Shown in pieces: positions 40,301 through 50,612 of a stretch of 64,000 nt of DNA. Within the stretch, counting starts at the first letter, position 1. Each line of letters starts with the position of its first letter. The DNA comes from Balanoglossus misakiensis (taxonomy: Eukaryota; Animalia; Hemichordata). The stretch covers positions 11,535,129-11,599,128 of the forward strand of contig CM082576.2 in NCBI GenBank assembly GCA_040954595.2. Reading direction: 5' to 3'. A program made the position numbers and the translations under genes. Under the pieces are notes generated by a model that worked only from the letters and a program-made list of their open reading frames with translations, ran no database searches and was not told the origin of the DNA.

Positions 40301-43300
40301 CGCTGTCGGTATTTCTCTCCTACTCTGGTGGGAGGGTACACCTTTCTTGGATTTCCCTGTGAAATAGAGACCAGTTTGAGTTGTGTTGCTATCTGGTCGG
40401 CCTCTTGTCAAAATGTGTCTTTTCTTTGGCGACTGAGGTGCTAACCTCGCATCAGAGTCGTTCTGACTTTGGTCAGCTTCTGGAAGCATGTGGGCAGATG
40501 GTTCCTTGTTGTTATCTGCAGACCGACTGTGGGATAAACCTTTGCTCCTCTTTGTCTGGTCTCCAATTAAAGAAAGTATATCGTCTCCCAAAGGCACATG
40601 TCGTGTAGACGTTCCAGCGCTTGACGTCTTGTGTAATGGCAGAGTTTCGTTTCCATTATCTTGACATTTTTCTCCCCTGGTGTAATGAGCCCTACGATTT
40701 CCAGAAAGTCTGGTTGGTTTTGTTGCTTTTCTCTTTGTCCCTGTCACTGCACTCTGTTCGCACGGTGGCTCCCGGTTTCTCTTCTCGGCATACTCATCCC
40801 TTTCGGACTCCGTAGTTTCACACACAGTGGGCAAATAACCTCGCTGGCTGTTTCTTCCACCACCCCTCGGCTTTAGCTGTCCTTTCTGATGCCTGCTGTT
40901 TGAACCGGCATGGTCGTTGTTATTCGAGTCCCTTCTGGAAGCTGGGGCACGTGTACCGGTAGTCCACTTCTCGCTGTCTTCCCCACCATCACTGGATACA
41001 TCAATTACAGCATCCACGTCAGTTCTCAGGGTCCGCCCGAGTCTCCTCCTCTTCAGGATTGGTTCGTCGTCTGGCTGTGCAGCGCCACCCTTGCCGCCAG
41101 AGTTTCCTCTCTTCTGCAGCGTTCTCAAACTCTGCACGACTCCAGCATTACTGCTAGTCCTGTTGACGTCCCTGCTCTGTCCCCCTCTGAACCCCCTTGC
41201 TCCTCCACCCCTGCTCGCAGTAGTAGACTCTCTGTCGTCACCATGGCGATGAAAGTTACCTGTGTGCATCCTTGAGGTTTGTCGACTGCCTTTACTTGTG
41301 TCTGAGGCCATACCGGGATTTGGATGAAGTGTGTTTTCATCATCGCTGTCTTCCCTCTCCAGTCCTACGTCTCTCACTGAAGTCTTTCCCCTCCCACTCT
41401 CTCTAGTACTTCTCTCTAGTTTTTGAGTTTGTCTGTCATCCAATGATTCATCTTCTTCAACATCATCATCATCATTCGCATAGGCCCTATCCTCTCCGAA
41501 CACGTTCTCATCTTCTTCTGTGCTTGCAAAGGACTCCTCGCTGGACTTCTCGGACGGCTGCACCATGTCGTCACGCCCTGCATCTTGACTCAGCTCACTT
41601 TCTTCTTCATCCACATACATTGTCTCTGTGTCCCTGGATGCATTCCGTGTCTTACGCGTCCTCCTGTCAGAAGCACCATTCTCACGTCGCGGCCGTGAAT
41701 TCTTATTCCGCGCCTGTTCCTCCAGTTCAGCATCCGTGGTTTCCTCGGAGGAGGGCGCACAACTCTGGCCAGCAGACTTGGTTTTCTTTGCCTTGGCTTG
41801 TCTGGTCGCCCCTCTGCCTTTCTTCATTCCCCTGGTGGACAAACTCTCACACTCACTGGGCTGATATTCCTCGCGCCTTTTTTTGTCGTTCCTTTGCATT
41901 TCGCGTTTCTCCCTCTGTAATTATGAAATATCATGACTCAATGATCAAATGCGTAAATTCTTTAGATTTACAGGTGTATCTACTTTATCAGCTACTTTGC
42001 ATAATGATAGAAGTTATTGTTACGTTTACTATTTTGATAAGATTTAAAGAGCGGTGCCCACTGTGGTTTACATACATGTAATAGCTCTGGGAAGAACACT
42101 GCTATTGGATGTTTCTGTATTTCGTGAACTTTTTGCACAGATATTTGCAAAAGCACATGAAAATCACAAATGTAAAGAGTAATGTAAGATATTTTTCAAA
42201 GTGGGAGATTTGGAATTCAGAAACATTTGAAGTACCATGATTTACAAATGGCAACAATGTTTGACAAGATTCACAAATACCACAATCCCACAGCCTGGAC
42301 AAAAAAACACTGCTGGATCACCACACAAAAAACCCACAGAAATTGACATCTACTACCTTGGTCATTTTTATTCGAAAGTTCGAGCACAAGGGTGTCAGAT
42401 CCCCATTGCCCTTGCATATCTCCACAACAGAGTGGTTGGTGTCCACCACAATATGCTCCCCGGCCCAGTAGGCCAGGGGAGGCTTGATGCGACGTCCACG
42501 GCTCGACGTCTGCAGGTTGCTGTAGTTGATTTCAGCACATGACTTGGGCGTCTTGAAGTCTGCAAACACAGAAAATGTCACAGTGAGACAAAACTGAAAC
42601 CATGGCAACCAAAAGAATACTGCCGCCCAGTGGCCATGCATACTGGATTGTAAAAAAAAAATTAATTGCAAAAATAAATCTTGCTGCACTCATGTGCATA
42701 CTGCCATAGATCGCACACAGGTGCCAGGTGTCATAACCAAATACATTATCCATGTACTGACCATTATCCATCTTTCGTGGCGTTTTCTTCACATGCTTTG
42801 CTGCAGGCTTTTCCCTTATTTTCCTTTTCCTAGGTTCATCTTTCTGTCGAGGCAGGGCGGGAGCAGGTTCTGATGTTAGGGTCTCGTTAACATTTTGTAC
42901 TCTGGATACTTTCTTCCTTTCCTTCTTGTTTTCATTGTCGCTGCCTGAGGTTACCCTTGAAGAGGAACAAAACATAAACGTCAAAATTCAACAAACTTCA
43001 AAAACTGTGTCCAAAACTGGCAGGTGCAGAAATGTCAACTCTTTGTATCTGAGGTGACTGTTCTTGTGACTAAGACAGTGCGGAATGACACAAACGATTT
43101 CATATGTCCTCAGATGTGCTAGCAGGTTCGAAAAGTGGCCTAGTATTGACAATATAATGACCGACAAAGGATACACTGAACATTTCAACAATAACATACT
43201 TAGCTGCCTGCTCAAAGTGTTCTTGTACTAGTGACTTCCAGTTTACAGGAAAACCTCGGGCAAATGCTCGTACAAAGGCAAGTGGAAATCCTGTTGCAAA

Positions 43301-45917
43301 AAATTGGAACGATAACATGAATATTTGAATGCTATGATAACAGCAAACATTCTCTACATTATGCTTGCGGAAAATCTATAAAATACACACTTAAGTGCAA
43401 CGTTTTTGTATAATATCCTTAATTCACTGTTCAGGTTCCTATAGTTTTATTTCAGCAAAGTAGGTACATACATATATCTATCAACTTCAGCAAAAACACT
43501 GAAACAAATCATTATGTAACCACAACTGAATTTGCACACACACAAATAATGGCCAGTACTACCTGCTTCACAAGCTAATGATTTTTCAAGATTTCCTCGC
43601 AGTCTGTAAATAGTACCACTTGCAGTCTGTACATTCTTAGCATCAAGTCTCCTCACTATGGAAGAACTCATCCAGTTGTCTTCTTCTGGATCACCACTGA
43701 TATATTTATTGACAGGAGGAAAAAGCATGTGAAAATAGAGAATATGCTGTAAAATTCAACATTCAGTTTCATAGTGTAGATGCTAAGCTATCAAAGTTAA
43801 TACACAGCAGCCAGTTACATGCATTTTAAAGATTACCACGTAAATACAAACACGGGTACTTTGCATACAAACAGGTAACAGACTAACCTGCGGTGTCCTT
43901 CCACACCAATACTTTTATTGAATTTGATTGGCTTAACTATCCACTCAGTCAATTTTACTGCTTTATCCTTGTGAAATGTCTGCAAAGAAAAACACAGTTT
44001 TGAGAAAGGGGTCTGGAAATTGTTTGAACGCTTGGTACATGTAGAGTAGTATAATATTTCATGTTGATTCTTCATGCAAAGGCATGTTTGAACAGACAAA
44101 TGAAAACAGAAAAATCAAGCCATTTTAGTCTTTTATAGCTTTAAACAGTAATGGATAATATGGATTGGCAGAAACACCTTTACAGACTAAAACAACGACT
44201 GAAAAAAGTTTTTTGGAAAGATTTTTTTCACGATACTATGCTCCTTTCTTGTCACCAAGTACATGTATCAATATTGACTGGTTAAATAGTAGACATTGTG
44301 CTGTTTTAGTTCAAGTTGTTCAGTCTGTGGGCATTGTCACAAACACAGCTATGCTTCATAAGTTTTTTTAATTTTTTTCCTTCCTCAAATAATACACCGG
44401 TATAATCCTTACCCTTCTTGGGGTGTCATCATCCAAGGGCTGCTCTTCATGGCAGTTTAGCTTCAGGGGGAAAATTGAACTCTCTGGAAAGAAAAAAACA
44501 GAAAGGAGAAAGGTAGTACAGCGTACTATATGTAATTTCTCTACATAAACTATATTTCCCAGCCTAACCTTTCAACTATTAATTAGTTTGGTACAAACAC
44601 CTCAATAACACTGATTTCCACTTATTCTTCTAAATCTCTACAAATGAAGTCTTCGAGTTACATACTTGTAGTATTTTCATATTGAGCTTGCACATGCTCC
44701 GGGCTCTCTTCTGAAGAGTAATCAACACTTCCACCTTCAACGCTTGCAACAGTGCTAGTTTCTCCAGTTTCCACTGTCATTCCGGATGAATCTTGCCCAC
44801 TGTCAATGACAGCACTTGCCAGAGCACTGGTACTATCGGTTGACAACCCAGACGAGTCCGGAACACTGCCATCGGCGAAGCTCGTCGTCTCACTGGTTTC
44901 CGCCGTTTCCACAGATGAATCTTGTACACTGTCGCTGACAAGCGACGTCCCAGACGAGTACTGAGCGTGGTGGCCACCACATCTTAGCTCCCTGTGTTCT
45001 GCTGACATCTCGGACGAATCTCCACCGTCTTCTGGTTCATGGCACAGCGCAGTTTCTTCCTGTTGTCTGGACATCTTTTGAAGCTGTTCTTTCCTCGTTT
45101 TCAGCTGCATCATCTTTTGCAGGGCTACTGCCGGTGACATGATCGGGTTCCTCATGTGTCCACCAGTGGGAGTTGATCCTATTTTTCCCTCTCGCCTGCG
45201 ATTGCTACAAAGCTGCTCTGCTGGCTCTACATGGCACGCATTCTCTTTGTGATTATTTGCAGTGTGGTATTCACTCACAGGTGTGCGGTATTTACCCCTG
45301 TGGCTGTCATATATATGATCCTGCCTTCTCACGGTCGTACTGTCCCGCACAGAATTCACGGAAATGCTGTCTTTCTGGGGGAAATGAACTGTATGTTTGT
45401 CACGGTAGACCTTGGCAGGCTGCTTTGATTGCTGCTGTACCTTCTTTAGCCATTCCACCTGAGGCGATGGGGAAAATATTCTATTTGGTGTCACGACCAA
45501 CTGCTCTTGTTTTGCTCTTCTGCCTTCCCTTAAAAGCCCCTAAAATGATAATTTGAATAAAATGTATGTTTGAAAACACATTTTAAGATTCAACTGTGAA
45601 CAGAACTAATAAAATCTGGTAAAGGCATAAGTTAAGTTTCATATTGCACGACCTGCCTTTGTGATATCATTATAAGAAATAGCAGTCTGCTTTACATGTT
45701 CACAATACACTATTATAATGGTAGTTGCTGTTCCCTCACATGTGAATAAAGCGCTGTTGATAGACTGACTCGCCTGTTCTGGTTTGCAAGCTAGCCTAGG
45801 AAATCTGAACAAGACACAAGCACACCTTGATGGAACAATACTTTTGTGGTTACTATCAAATCTGTTAGTCTTACTTGTACAATTTGATGAGAATATGCTT
45901 ACCTTTATCTTGTCCAT
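37394..45917 (-). CDS. MIS18BP1: Mis18-binding protein 1 / KNL2 (SANTA domain, CENP-C-like motif), ~1480 aa, 13 coding exons
   Basis: Phase-consistent exons 45917-45903, 45539-44666, 44483-44413, 43979-43888, 43696-43563, 43290-43200, 42955-42762, 42559-42357, 41914-39676, 39373-39249, 39132-38957, 37793-37706, 37534-37394. Motifs: SANTA (LTEWIVK..GVEGHR..WMSSSIVRR..TASGTIYRLRG..GFP..F..GFPVNWK), SRGRRIKPPLAYW, TAGKGTLKRKKQIRQWLEQ and C-terminal DYYWSDED. The start exon is the least certain part. Confidence 0.9.
37861..38167. mobile_element. Non-autonomous MITE with P-element-like ends (307 bp, 7-bp TSD)
   Basis: Termini CACAGGGG...CCCCTATG with imperfect ~40-60 bp inverted repeats sharing CATGAAAGTTATAAATGGCG. 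Flanked by the direct repeat GTAAGAA at 37854-37860 and 38168-38174. Confidence 0.75.
38261..38878. mobile_element. Kolobok/T2-type MITE (618 bp) with ~235-bp near-perfect terminal inverted repeats and TTAA TSD
   Basis: TTAA|AGGGGAAATCCGCTGTAGCTG...CAGCTACAGCGGATTTCCCCT|TTAA. The arms (~38261-38494 and ~38647-38878) are almost identical reverse complements, which explains the mirrored ORFs 38257..38475(-) and 38682..38882(+). Confidence 0.88.
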
Positions 45918-46469
45918 TCTTCATATGTCTTTTGTAGTTTTAAAAGTAGTACAGTAGGCTAATGACACAAAATAAAAATAAGTCAGTCATTAGATGATCA
46001 ATGATGTTGCAATTTGCTCTTGGTTATTAAAACACTACAGGATTTCAATTTAGCTTGAACAATAACCAAACATGTTCAGTAAAATTATGGGTAGGCGACC
46101 TAAACTGCACCTAGATCAAGTAACACAAAGAAGCCCTGGTATGCTTGGCCGTAATATATACAGCCCAGCCACGCAGAGCTACAGATATTATTAGGCAGTT
46201 TACTGGGTGTCGTGAATATGCAGAGATGCCATCTTGTTCTGGGGAATATTTAGTCAGTGATTGACTGTATGTGTAACCGAGAGTGTGTTTGTGTAACAGG
46301 TCGACGATTCCAGGACTAAGCTTTATGGAACAGTATTAAACAAAAACAAATACTGCTGCCATTCAGAATTGTGTCTATTTTCATAGAGTATGTGTCGTTT
46401 GTCTGAAAACCCGAGTTCATATGTACAGTAAAACGGAACAAAACTCGTGGTATATGCAATAGATAACTT

Positions 46470-46948
46470 ACTTCTTGTAGCGGTATCTTTCTTGGACCAT
46501 AGACGATTCAAAAATCGCGGTGTACAACATCAACGCAGTGTACTTGTAAGCGTTGTTTTGATTGGCCGACTACGTTAAGCTCCAGTTCTCTTCGTCATTA
46601 CTTAATAATGCAGAGGAAAGACAATATACTTTGTTTCTTTTACAATGAAACATGTATAAAATCTGACACGTACTCCGTCAAATCCAATGGTAGAGTTGTG
46701 AAAGATTAAATGTCGTTTGTTTTATCTCTTAAATTTAGAAGCTTCTTTAATCCAATAGGAAACGGTTTTACATCGTCTATTAACCTGTTAATACCAGAGA
46801 GGGCGCTCCACGCACTGGGGCAATAAGAGGGTCAAATCAAGGTCAAATATTGTCTGACATCGGAATAGACGAGAAAAGGAGGTGGTACTCAGCAGACTGC
46901 TGTGCAGACTCGGTCGACAACTCGGTTCGAACTTCAGTATTTACCGCC
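46470..46948. promoter_or_regulatory. Bidirectional MIS18BP1/GLO1 promoter
   Basis: Minus-strand CCGCG-ATT-TTTGAA (CDE/CHR-like, 46507-46520); CCAAT boxes at ~46561, ~46684 and ~46752; CTCF-like CCAGAGAGGGCGCTC (46794-46808); TCAAGGTCA (46837-46845); minus-strand donor GTAAGT at ~46471. Confidence 0.55.
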
Positions 46949-48581
46949 ATGTCTCTTTCAGAAGCGGAAGTCGAGGCAGCATGCAAGGAACCAGATCCAA
47001 GTACAAAGGTTTGCAATATTTTGTCAAGTAAATGCACACACCATAACTGGAGATCATGTGTATTGATAGTGGTGGTACATGTAACTAGACTGGTACTGTC
47101 AAGCAGGGAGGTACCAAAAGCTTTAGCCCTCTGGTCTGTTTGACACCTGAAACGTGTCTCAGTTTGTTTTTATTTACCGGCAGCTTTTATCTGTGTTTCA
47201 TTGCAGGATTTTATTTTCCAACAAACCATGTTCAGGATCAAAGATCCCAAAGTATCTTTGGATTTCTACACAAGAGTTCTTGGAATGAGGTGAAGGATTG
47301 TCATATACTACTACTCTTACTCTCTAATACATGTTCGTAAAAAAAACATCTGCCTAGCAATTAATACAAATTGAATTAACCACAATTATAAATGGTTGCA
47401 CGCAGAGAAGTATAAAATTAAATCTCTGAAATGCAAAGAGAATCAATACTGGTATAAAGTGTGACTTTTTGCGTCAGTTGAAAACCTTCGTTTATCTCCT
47501 GTACAGGTTATTGCAGAGGTTTGATTTTCCAGAAATTAAATTCACTGTGTATTTTATGGGATTCGCCAATCCAGAGGATATTCCCAAGGATAAGGCAGAG
47601 AGAGCAAAGTGGATGTTCCGTCAACCAGCAACGTTGGAACTCACTCAGTAAGTATAAGCACCACCACGATTGTGAAGGGTTCAGCTCAGGTCAGCAGACA
47701 GGGAAAACTATCAATCATCGGTCTAAAGTGCTTTGGGCATGGCAGACAATGCAGTGTATGGCATAAGTGTCATTTATGTTTTCAGGTTTTGCAAAACACT
47801 TTTCAAAAGCAAAGATAGAGGTTACAGTTTCATGACAACATGCCACTATTACAACAACATGCCAGCATAATATACTGTTGATTGTCAACTTGCAGCAACC
47901 ATGGTACAGAGTCCGACCCTGAGTTCAAAGGTTATCACAATGGCAACAGTGAACCAAGAGGATTTGGTACGAAAGAAGCCTTTCTTGAATATTGACTTTG
48001 TTGAAAATCACATATATGTTATTTTTATGCGTAGACAAGTAACAGTAATCAGGCAATATATCAAACATTACTGTACTAAATGTAATAAAACTCAGATTAA
48101 TTCAACATAATTAATGCTCTTTCATTATTTATAGAAAAATTATATTAACATCATTGTCAGAATGATTTCTTATAAGTCTTGATGTTAAAAGATAGTGGTC
48201 CTCTTGGATACATTTGATTCCACTGTTGAAATACATTCTGAGTTTATTCTACACACCCCTTGATTTTCTCTTCCAGGTCATATCGGCTTGTCAGTTCCTG
48301 ATGTATATGCTTCATGCGAACGATTTGAAAAGCTTGGAGTTGAATTCATCAAAAAGCCAGATGGAGGTAATTATAATGTTACCACGATTCTCACAATGAA
48401 ATATCACTTTTACTATCTTTGCCACTGGAAAAAGGTAATATTTTGATATATGCTACTAGGTTGACAAACAACATGTGGTTCTTTATATTTAATTTAAGGG
48501 AAAATGAAAGGGTTGGCTTTCATCAAAGACCCAGACGGTTACTGGATTGAAATCCTCAATGCTGGGAGTGTGAAGACATGA
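46949..48581 (+). CDS. GLO1: Lactoylglutathione lyase (glyoxalase I), 175 aa, 6 exons
   Basis: Exons 46949-47008, 47207-47289, 47507-47647, 47896-47966, 48277-48366, 48499-48581. Motifs: [65 protein letters not shown]. Confidence 0.97.
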
Positions 48582-49854
48582 AGGCCTTTTTGCTTTTATT
48601 ATGCAATTCATCTTCGATCCATGAGATACAAATTGCAAATAGGTTGTGACACCATGAGTTTGATTAATAAAGTCTTGCTTTGCTGATTTTGGGAGCGGGG
48701 ATAGTGGCAAAATGTTTTCTATGCAACATGTTTAATCAGTCTCCCGTCATATTTTGGCGGGTGCATAACCAATCATGTGTAGAGAGGTACACAAGAAACA
48801 AATTCAAGTCCATGATTTTAAGCTGCATGCATATCGACAAGGTTATTATAGAAGATAATTCAAGCTTGGTACAGCTGGGTGTTCAAAAGGCTCAATATTT
48901 CGGCCCTACTTGGCCTTTACTTTACCCAATTGTCAGTTCTCGTGTTTCTCATTTGAAATCCTTCCAGTAGAGAGCAGTGTACAAGATCAGTTTGAGAAGT
49001 GGTCGGCAGTTGTTGGACTCATACACTGCACAAGGACTGGCATCATTTAACATGGAGAAAATAAATAAATAAAAGCTGATTGATTAAATCTAATCAGTGC
49101 AAAATATAAAATCATGTCTGTCCATCACTATGTACGTTAGTCTGCATGTGTGTATGTATGCATGCATGCATGTGTGTGTGTCAGTGATTGAGCATGTGTT
49201 CATACATGTATCTATATGGGACTACCATAGTGGTCTTGAGGCAATTTCTACCAGTGAACACTAGTAGACATGTCCAAGCAGTGTCACAAATGCCCCCCTC
49301 CCTGAGATATTATTCATTGTCTTTCAGCGCATCCCAGTGTACCAGATTAGTACAAATTATTAAAATATCTGAAGAGGCAATAAGTCTGTATTTTACTGGA
49401 GTTTATTGTGTAAAAATTTACATGTACTACGGATATTAGTACTATGTGTATGCATTAAATGCACAGGTATTACAAAAACAAAGCAGGCCTATACCAGTAA
49501 TTGTCCTGGACTTGAAACATTTGTAACGTAATGATGATGATAACTACATTTCACACAAAATACAAACATATGTCGTATCTCTATACATCTACCAGTTCTC
49601 GTTGACATCAATCAACTAATATCATGCACTGTCACTACATCGGTGATGAATTCCAGCATAGCAACATCATACTGGGCATTTCCAACATAATGCCTAATGC
49701 CCTACAATGTGAACTGTAATTACAGTACAAGCAGCAAGCCAGTAATATGTGACTTGACCCTGTGTCCTGTTCCTGGCGTTACACCGCCTCCACCTCTGGG
49801 AATTAACACAGACCGGTACGCAGCTCAGGGAGGGCTATGTGTGACATCATGGAG

Positions 49855-49868
49855 GTTTCCATGGTGAC
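49855..49868. promoter_or_regulatory. RFX X-box-like motif in the SDHAF1 3' region
   Basis: GTTTCCATGGTGAC. Confidence 0.3.
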
Positions 49869-49929
49869 AATCACATGAACTGGATGACACTGCAAATGTG
49901 TACTCTCACACGAAAATTCATTTCACTGA

Positions 49930-50172
49930 CTACTGTTCATTGTGTTGGAAGCTTCCAATCTGCTCAATGGTGCCGTTCTGAAGCATTTCGAATTGTCGCT
50001 TCCCCCGTCTCAGCAGCAGTTCTATCCTCAAAGTGTCAGTCCTTGCAAGCTGGGAATTCTTCCTAAATTCCTGCTGGATAAAAGCCCTGGCCCCAGGTTT
50101 GCTTTCAGCAACTCGTAGGAACTGTTTGTACAGGCTGAGCACTTCCTTCTGTAGTTTACTATGTCGAACCAT
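49930..50172 (-). CDS. SDHAF1: Succinate dehydrogenase assembly factor 1 (LYR family), 80 aa
   Basis: MVRHSKLQKEVLSLYKQFLR...KPG...EFRKN...RTDTLRIELLLRRGKRQ matches recalled SDHAF1 (MSRHSRLQRQVLSLYR..KPG..EFRQH..RSDVLRIEYLYRRGRRQ). Confidence 0.93.
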   Translation of the reverse strand: MVRHSKLQKEVLSLYKQFLRVAESKPGARAFIQQEFRKNSQLARTDTLRIELLLRRGKRQFEMLQNGTIEQIGSFQHNEQ

Positions 50173-50612
50173 CCTGATGCAGTGGTATATGGTATAACTT
50201 AGCTATAACTGAAATAATAATAATGAAGGTTAGTTTCCAAAAGTTAAATCTCCTCTCATGTTTTTTATAGTTCACTGTTCAGACAGCATGCATATACATA
50301 CATGTAAATAAATAAACTGTACAGGCAGGCAGGCAAACTGAACTAAAATTTGCACCAGTGGTCCATCGATGAAAGTTCTGTCTGTGTCTCGTATTAATTC
50401 ATAAACAACCGGACAGAGCACTAGTCGGCGAGATTCTAACTTCTCCTATTCCTAATGATACAGGAAGTTGTTGACGTTGATATGCATTGTGGGAGATAAA
50501 AATGGCAGCGCCCATGTGCAGACCAGCGTGGACGTAATCCAGATAAGAAAAGACGCGTTTTGTCTTCTTCGTGTATGGAAGAGAATTAAAATATCAAAAT
50601 CACTGAAATGGT

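Noticed and set aside
39752-42081. Several plus-strand ORFs up to 212 aa
   Set aside because: Antisense shadows of the large MIS18BP1 exon.
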